Sequence record: NZ_CP092111.1
Strand: one strand, 5' to 3'
DNA from: a plasmid
DNA length: 64,000 nt
Shown here one piece after another: positions 48,338 through 57,651 of the stretch (its first letter is position 1; every line of letters begins with the position of its first letter). A program made the translations under genes and the position numbers. The notes beneath the pieces were generated by a model. The model had not been told where the DNA came from and did not search any database. It saw nothing but the letters and a program-made list of their open reading frames with translations.

Positions 48338-48450
48338 ATTTCATAATGTATGCTTTTACATAAAAGCATACATTATAATTGTTGAAAACACTGATTTTTT
48401 TTCGTTAGTGTGTTATAATCTATATAATAGAAAAAAGCATACATTTTTTT
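48338..48450 (+). promoter_or_regulatory. operator/promoter: palindrome aatgtatgctttta-cat-aaaagcatacatt, extended -10 tgtgttataat, third half-site aaaaaagcatacattttttt
   Basis: Seen in sequence; half-site related to that of the six-copy element. Confidence 0.45.
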
Positions 48451-48601
48451 CGTTGATTTTAAAGGGTTTAGATCAAGTGGAAGAAAGAAATGGATGCAGT
48501 CAATATCACTGGTTGGGAAAATGAAATAATTACATTATAAGGAAATTGGGGAGGGGATAATCAATTGAACCGATAAGGATTTAAATATGGGAGTTGATTA
48601 G

Positions 48602-48898
48602 ATGCTAAAGTGTAAAAATGCTCGAATTCATGAATTTAGGCTTCAAGCCGTTCATACAACGCCAGTCCTGTATGTCATAGAAGATTTCATGCAAGAATTT
48701 ACTCTTATTGCTATCCCACAGTGGGATTGGTCCTTTCAGATGACGCATACAGTTCCACGTGATCTGAATATAAAACAGTTACAGCAGTCATTATCAGTTG
48801 CCGGCTTTATAAATTACGATGAATCTGGTTTCGCTGCAAATACAATAGCTGATATCGTATTTAATGAAATACCGGTAAAAGCCGAATATATTGAATAG
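48602..48898 (+). CDS. hypothetical protein (98 aa)
   Basis: ORF with SD ggga. Confidence 0.4.
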   Translation: MLKCKNARIHEFRLQAVHTTPVLYVIEDFMQEFTLIAIPQWDWSFQMTHTVPRDLNIKQLQQSLSVAGFINYDESGFAANTIADIVFNEIPVKAEYIE

Positions 48899-48910
48899 AA
48901 GGAATTTGGA

Positions 48911-49453
48911 ATGAATCAGTTACAAGATGTTCAGCCAATACGCAGTTTAGAAAAAATAGAAGACATGAAGTGGGCCTTGAAGAGATTTTGTTCTGAAAGA
49001 GACTACATGTATTTTTTGATTGGGATTAACTGTGGTCTTCGTGGCGGTGATTTAGTTCAGTTGAAACAGTCTCAGTGTAGGAGAAAGAAGTTTCCTGTAA
49101 AGGAAGGGAAAACTAAGAAAAAAAGAAATATTAACCTGTCAGCAATATACGATGAAGTAGCTGCTTATATTGACAAGTATCCGAATGAGTGGATGTTCCC
49201 ATCTCAAAAGGGAGGACATATTACAAGGATTCAGGCTTACCGAATCTTACGGAAAGCTGCTGACATGGCTGGAATAGAAGGAATGGGCACTCACACCCTT
49301 AGAAAAAGCTTTGGTTATTGGCATTACAAGCAATTTAGGGATGTAGCCAAACTCCAAAGTATCTTTAATCATAATAATCCAGAAACGACATTGAGATATA
49401 TAGGAATAACAGAAGAAGAAATTGATCAGGATCTTGAAAATTTCAAATTGTGA
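48911..49453 (+). CDS. short tyrosine recombinase (catalytic domain only, 180 aa)
   Basis: R (GLRGGDL), HxxR (HTLRKSFG), catalytic Y (TTLRYIGI) all present. Confidence 0.65.
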   Translation: MNQLQDVQPIRSLEKIEDMKWALKRFCSERDYMYFLIGINCGLRGGDLVQLKQSQCRRKKFPVKEGKTKKKRNINLSAIYDEVAAYIDKYPNEWMFPSQKGGHITRIQAYRILRKAADMAGIEGMGTHTLRKSFGYWHYKQFRDVAKLQSIFNHNNPETTLRYIGITEEEIDQDLENFKL

Positions 49454-49561
49454 TCTGATCAAAAGAGTTAAAAAAACAGCCCTCTTGGGTTTTATGGCAG
49501 GCAATGGGCGATTTCATTCGGCCCCGCATGACATTGGCTGACTTGTCCGTCAACGGGTAGA

Positions 49562-49771
49562 ATGGATACAAAAAGGAAAGGCGGAGAATACATGGCATAT
49601 CGTATTGTGGGCGAGTTAGAAGGGACGGAAATTACGTTCACGAGTACACATCCAGACAGAGAGAAACGAGAGGAGACATTCGAGACGATTGAGGAAGCTG
49701 AGGAAGCTATGAAGACCTTTAAAATGTCTCTGCCTGAAGGAACAAAATTGACGATTGAACCTGCGGTGTAG
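49562..49771 (+). CDS. hypothetical acidic protein (69 aa)
   Basis: ORF. Confidence 0.3.
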   Translation: MDTKRKGGEYMAYRIVGELEGTEITFTSTHPDREKREETFETIEEAEEAMKTFKMSLPEGTKLTIEPAV

Positions 49772-49777
49772 AGGCAA

Positions 49778-49945
49778 ATGATTGATTTTGAAACGGCTAT
49801 GAGACACGTGAGAGCAACTCTTGGCTTTGAAGGTTTAGTGCTGACGGAAGAAGAGGAAGAGCTTTTAGAAAGACGGTTTCATGGAGAAATCACAGAGGAA
49901 GAATACATACGAAAAGCATTGGAACTGTCTTACTCCGGTGACTAA
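49778..49945 (+). CDS. small protein (55 aa) with VbhA/Fic-antitoxin-like inhibitory motif (S/T)xxxE(G/N)
   Basis: RATLGFEGLVLTEEEEELLERRFHGEITEEEY; TLGFEG fits [ST]xxxE[GN]. Not in the >=60-aa ORF track. Confidence 0.3.
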   Translation: MIDFETAMRHVRATLGFEGLVLTEEEEELLERRFHGEITEEEYIRKALELSYSGD

Positions 49946-50070
49946 TAAATAGGGCAGCGAGCAATTTTGGTGTGAGTCAACGGTTACTGGACCGTAGAGA
50001 GGATTGAGGGTAGAAGAAGAAAATGGAAAATCAGATCGTGAAATTTGTTTATTGGGAGTTGGTGTAGTCG

Positions 50071-50973
50071 GTGGAAGTTCTACAAGGTCGAGAAATGCCG
50101 GATGCTAAGTATTGGGATGAAAAAGAACAAGTTTACAAACCAGTATTAGCTGTTGATTTTACTCCGGAATTAAGAAAAGTAAAAACTGTATGTAAATACT
50201 GTGAGCAAAGTGTTATCTTCGTACAGGGTAATAAGAAAGAGGATTCTAAACCATTTTTTAGGAGATCTCCAGGTGTATATCACGTTGAGGGCTGCCCGTA
50301 TGGACAGAAGAAAACCCTAAAGGATGAATTGAGGGAAGTGGGTACTTTGGAAGGGCTACTGTATGGTGTAAAGCCGCCCCTTGCTGTTCAAAGGGTGAAA
50401 AATTCATCTGTCCAAGAAGGCGAAAAAAGCCAATCTGAAGAAAGACCAAGATCATTGGAGAAACAGCCTCGTCAGCAGGTGCCGAATAAAGATAAACCGC
50501 ATCAGAGGAATTTATTTGGTGTAGATGATTTATTTCATGAATTAAAGGATATAAGAAGTCAAGAGCCTTCATTAATGAGGAAACTATATGAAAGAATCAT
50601 TGGGAATGTATATTACCCTTATAAAGAGTATTCTCTCCTGTTGGAACATAGCAAGAAAGGAAAGCTAAGGAAATACTTTTACACCGCTGGAATATTCAAA
50701 GCAAAACTGGAATACGACATGATTGAGAATAAAGGATACATCTTTTTGTATGGAAAGGGTAATGGCTCAATTAAACTACGCCTTTATCCTGGAGATGAAA
50801 AGGTAATGACACAATTAAAAAGGTTCAGATACAAGGTAGCGAGGAAAGAAAAAAAGAAAACTGAATTTATTGGAGTCTTAGTTCAATTAAGGCAGATAAG
50901 TAATGAAGAAGGAGTTACATATATAGATCTTGATTTATACGACTTCTCTATAAATCACTATATGAATAGTTAG
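50071..50973 (+). CDS. hypothetical protein with N-terminal Cys4-like zinc ribbon (CKYCEQ...CPYG)
   Basis: ORF; contains degenerate Fic-like stretch FLYGKGNGSIKLR. Confidence 0.4.
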   Translation: MEVLQGREMPDAKYWDEKEQVYKPVLAVDFTPELRKVKTVCKYCEQSVIFVQGNKKEDSKPFFRRSPGVYHVEGCPYGQKKTLKDELREVGTLEGLLYGVKPPLAVQRVKNSSVQEGEKSQSEERPRSLEKQPRQQVPNKDKPHQRNLFGVDDLFHELKDIRSQEPSLMRKLYERIIGNVYYPYKEYSLLLEHSKKGKLRKYFYTAGIFKAKLEYDMIENKGYIFLYGKGNGSIKLRLYPGDEKVMTQLKRFRYKVARKEKKKTEFIGVLVQLRQISNEEGVTYIDLDLYDFSINHYMNS

Positions 50974-51097
50974 AAACTTTTACGGCGGGAAAATGCGCCG
51001 TTTTTTGTTTGGATTCCAAAATTTTCTTCGTTTTTCATTGGGTTTTTAATACTTTTGGAATAAAATTAGACTAAGTAATTAGCAGGAGGAACAATGG

Positions 51098-51583
51098 ATG
51101 TTACGAAATGACCTCGTTTTTAAAGAGCTAACGATTTTGCGACTCCAAGAATTTTACGAGAAAACCGGTAGATCACCAAAAAAGAAAGATATTGAAGGCA
51201 TAACAAGAATTGAGTCTGCTTTTGGGAGTTGGACTGAAGCTCTCATTGAAGCTGGTTTTTTCCGGAGGAGAAGAATAACTGAACAGCAAAAATTAGATAT
51301 TAAAAGAATGGTTAATGAAATTAATGAATCTCATAAAATACGATTAAAAAAGAACATAACGCCCCCACCTGAACTGGACACCATGGTATTAGCCTTGGCT
51401 ACAGTTAAGATATTGAAGGCGTCACCTAACGAATTATTCACGAGAAAGAAGATAAATTCCCTCTTAATTGATTGCGTTGGTTCAGGCCCCAGCCAGATTA
51501 CTCACATCTTTCCGGTTATGAACGAAATTGATTATAGGGTACTGAATCCAAGGAAGGGTGTTATGTCTTTTATCCAGCTGTAA
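51098..51583 (+). CDS. hypothetical protein (161 aa), upstream of rok
   Basis: ORF. Confidence 0.4.
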   Translation: MLRNDLVFKELTILRLQEFYEKTGRSPKKKDIEGITRIESAFGSWTEALIEAGFFRRRRITEQQKLDIKRMVNEINESHKIRLKKNITPPPELDTMVLALATVKILKASPNELFTRKKINSLLIDCVGSGPSQITHIFPVMNEIDYRVLNPRKGVMSFIQL

Positions 51584-51592
51584 AAGGAGGGG

Positions 51593-52063
51593 ATGGAAGT
51601 GTTTAATGAAAGAACAGCATTGAAAATGCGAATGGAGCAGCTTAATGAGAGAGAGCATATAATTATACGTGAATTTCAGGCTGAGCGAGACACTATTTAT
51701 AAACGGCTCCGCGAACTTGATAATGGTAAGCATGCATTGCCATGCCTACGTGAGTTAGCAAAACAAGAAAAATTTATAAATGATGCATATAAAAGTGGAG
51801 AAATTATCGTTCCTCATGTCAGCGCCGCCCGATCAGAAAATTCTGTTGTAAAAAAAATAGATCAGCGAAAACTTGCGATACAGTTTCTTGCTTCTCAAAT
51901 TGGTAAAGAAGTGAAAAGCGTTGACATAAAAAGGTATGTTGAAAGGATTCACGGTGAACCAATTCAAAACATGACCATGTTTATGGAAAGCTTGATGAGA
52001 AAGAATCCAAGACTGAAAAAGATTGGTCGAGGATTATATACGTACGCCGGGATTGGAGAATAG
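51593..52063 (+). CDS. rok: Rok-like repressor of comK (plasmid-encoded, cf. RokLS20 of pLS20)
   Basis: FNERTALKMRMEQLNEREHIIIREFQAERDTIYKRLRELD and C-terminal IQNMTMFMESLMRKNPRLKKIGRGLY match B. subtilis Rok (MFNEREALRLRLEQLNEAEVKVIREYQIERDKIYAKLRELD ... IPNMTTFMQSLIKMYPEVKKPYRGQY) from memory. Confidence 0.8.
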   Translation: MEVFNERTALKMRMEQLNEREHIIIREFQAERDTIYKRLRELDNGKHALPCLRELAKQEKFINDAYKSGEIIVPHVSAARSENSVVKKIDQRKLAIQFLASQIGKEVKSVDIKRYVERIHGEPIQNMTMFMESLMRKNPRLKKIGRGLYTYAGIGE

Positions 52064-52302
52064 GCAGAGAGCGAAATCCAATTCTGGCTTCAGGGAGATT
52101 GCCCGATATTGAAGGAGCGCAAGGTGACTGATGTTATCATCACTCCACACAACCAATAAATTTGGCATTACAGTAAGGATCGCGAGCACTAAAAATTTTT
52201 CAACAGAGACCGCTTCAAGAAATTAAGTAGTTACACCCTTGTATGGAATTTCCACCTGATTTATTGTTGGTATGAGTTAATTTACTCTATAGGGGGTAGT
52301 GC

Positions 52303-52743
52303 ATGGTACGCAGAGGAATCGTGTTCCTTTTCATGATAATGGTACTTTTAATAACAGCATGTAGTTCTCAATCCAGTTCGAATGTGGGGTATTGGGTTTT
52401 AGAAAAGAATAGAGTTAATGAAGATCACGATGTTAAAGAGTATGTTTCATATCTTCAAGAGCATAAAGACATTAGGGGATATAAAGAATTCACCATAGCA
52501 GAAGGAATGCAGATGGTAGTGGTTTCTTTAGGGAACAGCGATAAGGAAAAGCGACTTGATGTTGCTCATGTCAAAAATTCAAATGGAGACATAAAATTAA
52601 CTGTTGATGTACAAAAGAATGAATCAAATAAAACAAATGAGAAAAACCCTTATGTCATGATTGGCCTAAATAATAAGGAAGATCATAAATTAAGCCTGAC
52701 CGATCAAAAAGGGAATAAGTTTAAAGAGGTTGATTACAAATAA
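52303..52743 (+). CDS. lipoprotein (ITAC lipobox)
   Basis: MVRRGIVFLFMIMVLLITACSSQ. Confidence 0.5.
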   Translation: MVRRGIVFLFMIMVLLITACSSQSSSNVGYWVLEKNRVNEDHDVKEYVSYLQEHKDIRGYKEFTIAEGMQMVVVSLGNSDKEKRLDVAHVKNSNGDIKLTVDVQKNESNKTNEKNPYVMIGLNNKEDHKLSLTDQKGNKFKEVDYK

Positions 52744-52799
52744 AAAAATCTGGCGAGAAGCAGTTTTTTCACTGTTTCCAGCTTTTATGACCAGTGGCC

Positions 52800-53110
52800 A
52801 GGTAATGGGTGTCTTGGCAAAGAACCTGTGACCGTCGGCTCCGATGCGGCGCCGGCAGGAAGATCATCAGCGCAGAAGGCGGAAACGCCCTGTGTCTACG
52901 GAGCGATCAGGAATGCGTCGGCTACGCCTCTTCCATGAATTCTCCCCGGACTATCGCAGACTGCGGGTAGCAGGATTCCGGAACCGGCTAAGTGCCGGTT
53001 TTTTTGTGGCCAGGGCAGGCAACGGGCCGCCCTGGCTGCAGCCAAAGGAATTGTGCGGCCATTAGCCCCGATAGGGAGCCGATATGAGAGTGTCCATGCT
53101 GAGGCGAAAA
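52800..53110. repeat. REP-like elements, family 1
   Basis: Same family-1 hairpin blocks as 4140..4420. Confidence 0.7.
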
Positions 53111-53150
53111 AGCTCTGAGTTTAGGGAGCCAATCAGGAGTGCACCAGCTC

Positions 53151-53633
53151 CTACGACTTCCGTAAATCATTTTTAGAATCACTATTTTTTATTTTCTCTA
53201 ATTCTTCTATAGTGTATGTAGTAACAGGAGCAGCTTGATCACCATCTTTATCCCTCCATCCTTTCCACACTCGTTGATTGTAATTATCTTTTCTTTTTTG
53301 TTCCCATTTTTTTTGTTCCTTGCTAGTACCCGTTGTATACTTACCCTTTTGTGCGAATCTTTTTCTTGCTTTTTCGCTACTCGTGCTAAGTGTTGGTCTT
53401 ACATTATTCATCGAATTCAGTTCTTCCTGTCTAAATCTCATCTTTTTCTCTATAGCTTCAGGAGACTTCGCTCTGGCCCGTTGTTTTTCTCTAATCTCTC
53501 TCCTTTTTCTTTGACTCGGCGTTTCATTTTTTATTTGATTTTCTTCTTTCATTTTAAACCAGCCCCTTCTACCAGGATATTTATGCAAAACTTCAATCAT
53601 TTTTATTATAAACAAATGATATATTTCTCTCAC
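53151..53633 (-). CDS. possible highly basic K/R/E-rich protein (160 aa); uncertain
   Basis: ORF between two REP arrays; an overlapping plus-strand ORF also exists. Confidence 0.3.
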   Translation of the reverse strand: MREIYHLFIIKMIEVLHKYPGRRGWFKMKEENQIKNETPSQRKRREIREKQRARAKSPEAIEKKMRFRQEELNSMNNVRPTLSTSSEKARKRFAQKGKYTTGTSKEQKKWEQKRKDNYNQRVWKGWRDKDGDQAAPVTTYTIEELEKIKNSDSKNDLRKS

Positions 53634-53639
53634 TTATAT

Positions 53640-54890
53640 CTTGCCGTTGGTCCTGATATGGTGCCAGCAGGAAGAACTTCTGCACAGAAAGCCAAAACAC
53701 CCCCGCGTTTACGGGGGGTGATCATGAGTGAACTGGCTGTGGCTTCATCGCAGGCTGCTGAAGGAGCTCCGCGGCCGTTGGCCCTGATATAGCGTCGACA
53801 GGAGAGCGTCTGAAGCACAAAACGCCCCGCGTTTACGGAGCGATCGGGAGAGCACCGGCAGCGCCTCCGCCGTGAAATCTCCGCGGCTCATCGAAACTGC
53901 GAGGCAGCAGGATTCCGGAACCGGCCGGGTGCCGGCTTTTTGTGTCCAGGGCAGGTAACGGGGCGCCCTGGCTGCTGAAGGAGCTCCGCGGCCGTCGGTT
54001 CCGATGCGGCGCCGGCAGGAGAACGTCTGAAGGAGAAAATGCTCCGCGTTTACGCAGCGATCAGGGCTGCACCGGCAGCGCCGCGTCGTGAAATTTCCGC
54101 GCTCATCGAAGTTTCGGGGCAGCAGGATTCCGGCCGGCTAGGTGCCGGCTTTTTGTGTCCAGGCAGGCAACGGGGCGCCCTGGCTGCTGAAGGAGCTCCG
54201 CGGCCGTCGGTTCCGATGCGGCGCCGGCAGGAGAACGTCTGAAGGAGAAAATGCTCCGCGTTTACGCAGCGATCAGGGCTGCACCGGCAGCGCCTCCGCC
54301 GTGAAATCTCCGCGGCTCATCGAAACTGCGAGGCAGCAGGATTCCGGAACCGGCCGGGTGCCGGCTTTTTGTGTCCAGGGCAGGTAACGGGGCGCCCTGG
54401 CTGCTGAAGGAGCTCCGCGGCCGTCGGTTCCGATGCGGCGCCGGTAGGAGAACGTCTGAAGGAGAAAATGCTCCGCGTTTACGCAGCGATCAGGGCTGCA
54501 CCGGCAGCGCCGCGTCGTGAAATTTCCGCGCTCATCGAAGTTTCGGGGAAACAGGCTTCCGGAACCGGCCAGGTGCCGGCTTTTTGTGTCCAGGCAGGCA
54601 ACGGGGCGCCCTGGCTGCTGCGGCCGTCGGCCCGTCAGGAGAGTGTCTGATGTCAAAACGCCCCGCGTTTACGGAGCGATCGGGAGAGCACCGGCAGCGC
54701 CTCCGCCGTGAAATCTCCGCGGCTCATCGAAGTTTCGGGGAAACAGGCTTCCGGAACCGGCCAGGTGCCGGCTTTTTTGTGTCCTGGTCAGGCAACGGGC
54801 CGCCCAGGCTGCAGCTGAAGGAGCTCCGCGGCCGATCGCCTCGATACAATGCCGACAGTACTCCGGAGCCGGTGGTCGGTTAATTTTCAT
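53640..54890. repeat. REP-like array, family 1
   Basis: Same family-1 hairpin blocks as 4140..4420. Confidence 0.8.
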
Positions 54891-55031
54891 TGAGAGCCAC
54901 TTAAATATTTCTTTGATATTTGAATCTTGAGAAAATACCCAAAAAGGGGAATATTCTATTGATTTTTTAAACCCATTAAATAGAAATATGATAAAATATT
55001 AGGGGGTATCATATAAGGGAGGGAAAACGAT

Positions 55032-56183
55032 TTGGTGAGTAAAACGCTGGCATCTTCAGAGGTGGGACACCTTATAAATCAATGGTATGGTTATATTCGT
55101 TCTTTTAGTATTCCAGATTCAGAGTATTTAAAGAAAGAAATTGAGAATAAACTTGATCAAATGGAAGAAGACCAAGATCTGCTTTTGTACTATTCACTTA
55201 TGGAGTTTCGACATCGCTTAATGTTGGAATCCCTTGAACCATTAGAAAAATTAAGAATTGATCAGCAGCCGAACCTTTCAGATTTATTATCAGAAATTGA
55301 GAATAATCAGTCTCGTATCAAAGGAATGCTGGACTACTATTTTAATTTCTTTAAAGGACAATTTGAATTTTCTAGGAAGAATTATATTCAAGCGATACAA
55401 TATTATAAACGAGCAGAATTGAAGCTAGATCTAATTCCTGAAGAAGAGAAAATTGAAAAAGCAGAATTTCATTATAAAGTGGCAGCTGCTTATTATAGAA
55501 TCAAGCAGAATATGTTTTCGCTACATCATGCAGAGATCGCTTTAAATATGTTCGAAGCCAATAAACTCTATAGTACAAGTACCATAAGTTGTGAAATGAT
55601 GTTAGGCGCAAATAAGCTTGATCTTCTTCGATTTGATGAAGCAGAGGCCCATTATACAAATGCCATGAAGTTTGCTGAATTGACAAAGGATAATTATTCA
55701 AGAGGATTGGCTTGTCATAATATTGGGTTAAGCTATGCGCTTCAAAACAAAAGTGACTTAGCTGAAGAATATTTCCGAAAAGTCCTTGAAATACCAGAAT
55801 ATTATGAAACTGAACGTGGGTTAAGGACTGATTTTGAATTGACTTTTGTCTTGTATAAGAATGGTAAAATAGAAGAGGCACAAAAGCTTTTAGTAAAGGG
55901 CATCAAGAAAGCTGAAAAAGAAGGTGAAGCAGAGTATTTGGCGAAATTTAATATTGTCCATGCTCTTTACGGTGGCTTAGAGGCACAAAAGCGTGACGAT
56001 CTTATTCAGAGAGCATTCAAATATCTTGAAGAAAAGCAGCTATGGACAGATATTGAAGAATTGAGCCAAGATATCGCGGAACATTTTCGCATAATCAAGG
56101 ATTATGCGAATACTGTATTATATCTGGATAAGGTGATCTACGCGAAGAACAAAATTCTCAGCGTATCGGAGGAATTAATGTGA
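55032..56183 (+). CDS. rap: Rap-family response-regulator aspartate phosphatase / quorum-sensing receptor (TPR)
   Basis: N-terminus SSEVGHLINQWYGYIRSF...MEEDQDLLLYYSLMEFRHRLML is the Rap signature; 383 aa; TTG start with SD aagggaggg. Confidence 0.9.
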   Translation: MVSKTLASSEVGHLINQWYGYIRSFSIPDSEYLKKEIENKLDQMEEDQDLLLYYSLMEFRHRLMLESLEPLEKLRIDQQPNLSDLLSEIENNQSRIKGMLDYYFNFFKGQFEFSRKNYIQAIQYYKRAELKLDLIPEEEKIEKAEFHYKVAAAYYRIKQNMFSLHHAEIALNMFEANKLYSTSTISCEMMLGANKLDLLRFDEAEAHYTNAMKFAELTKDNYSRGLACHNIGLSYALQNKSDLAEEYFRKVLEIPEYYETERGLRTDFELTFVLYKNGKIEEAQKLLVKGIKKAEKEGEAEYLAKFNIVHALYGGLEAQKRDDLIQRAFKYLEEKQLWTDIEELSQDIAEHFRIIKDYANTVLYLDKVIYAKNKILSVSEELM

Positions 56184-56362
56184 AGAAAATAGTGGCTGTC
56201 GCAGTTCTCATCTCAATTATGGCTTTATTTTTCTCTGTATTTCATAATAAGCATGATGAGAAACGGTTGGCTGGCAGGGCCGAATATGCAATACAGGGAA
56301 CACATTATACGGCTTTAGCCGATGGACAGTTTGAAACCCAAGGTAGAGCTGAATTTGCATGA
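56180..56362 (+). CDS. phr: Phr signalling-peptide precursor (60 aa), overlapping rap stop (ATGTGA)
   Basis: Signal peptide MKKIVAVAVLISIMALFF; C-terminal region has duplicated GRAEYA / GRAEFA motif. Confidence 0.7.
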   Translation: MKKIVAVAVLISIMALFFSVFHNKHDEKRLAGRAEYAIQGTHYTALADGQFETQGRAEFA

Positions 56363-56470
56363 TCCTTTCCCTCCGACGAATGTTCGGAGGGTTTTACGTA
56401 TGACAAATTTTATATTTATCATCAAAAAATGATTCTAACGCAAAAACAAATTCAAAGGGAGAATGCCTGT

Positions 56471-57404
56471 ATGAATTTTAGAAGAGGCGTCTTTATCATT
56501 GTATCGACTATCGTATTAATGTCAGGGATCGGTCTAACTGCATCGGCCGTTTCATTAGATGGATCATATCAAGTTTCGTCTGATCGTAATCAAACCTAAG
56601 AAGGATCCTGCTCTCCAGGGAAGAGATGAATATCATACAACGCAACCAGATATAAATTTGGTTAAAGATAGTGACAAAATCAAGCCTAGTAAGAGTGGAA
56701 CCCCTGGATCGCCAGCTTATTATGAAAAAGGTGAAGCGAAGACTGGTTTTATTCAATATGAATTATCGGCTTCAGAATACAAAGAGTTTAAAAATGAAAA
56801 GACAAAACTAGTGATTTCCCCTCCTTCAAAAGATTCTATGTTCCGCGAGCATATCGGTGAAAAGCAAACCAGGGATCTCCCGCTGTCTGGAAATTCTTTA
56901 GAAATACAAAAGAGCGATAAAAAATTTTATGAGGATCAGATTATTCGCAAAGGTATTGCCGAAAAAACCATGATAGAACTCAAAGACGGTTTGGCTGACA
57001 AGAAAAGTGAAAATAAAGTTGAATTGACACTGGAAGGCTTTCAATTTACTAAGTTAGCTCCTTCAGTTAGTTTCAAAAAATCTTTTACTGGTTTTGGGAA
57101 TGAGGATATTGTTGCAGCTACCTTTAAGTTACATATAAAAAACAATCAAGGTGACACCCTGCCATTAGGACAGTTCAGCTCTTTTTTAGACACTGACAAG
57201 CGACATTATTTAAATCAAGGATCATTAGAGTATGATTCAGGAGACCTCCGGCCAGGACAGTCAGGCACAAAATATTTAGTGTTCTTGATGAAAAAGTCAG
57301 AACTTAACGAAAACCCAAAATTCAAATTGCGCATTAGACATATTGAAGGAAATAGTGGTGACGCGTTAAATGATCGAGAGGTTGACTTTAATCTGGTTCG
57401 TTAA
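56471..57404 (+). pseudogene. secreted protein gene interrupted by a +1 frameshift between signal peptide (56471-56596) and mature domain (56559-57404)
   Basis: MNFRRGVFIIVSTIVLMSGIGLTASA signal-peptide ORF ends at TAA 56596, while the long ORF continues in another frame from 56559. Confidence 0.4.
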
Positions 57405-57651
57405 TCGAAACTGAAGAGCTCTCTATTAACTACAAAATCATGATTGTTCTCATTAGACAAACATGATAAAGTAGAAAAGTAGAAAAGTAGAGAAATTTAA
57501 AAGTTGTTGTTTCTAAGGGATCAACTGATCCTTTAAGGAGGTGATTAAATCGATTCTGAAATACGGACAACTTAATACTTCGGTTTCTTTTATTGATACG
57601 AGTTAGAATTTTCCCTCTTTTCAAAAACCACTTATCTTAAAAAGAGGAGAA

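Noticed and set aside
50071-50973. Calling 50071-50973 a Fic toxin outright
   Set aside because: Only a degenerate GNG-containing stretch is present and the catalytic His is missing. It is kept as a low-confidence finding rather than a feature call.
52844-54890. ORFs 52844-53065, 52988-53182, 53630-53818, 54039-54890 series
   Set aside because: REP-derived.
56508-56756. ORF 56508-56756 (minus strand)
   Set aside because: It is antisense to the signal-peptide / mature-domain gene.
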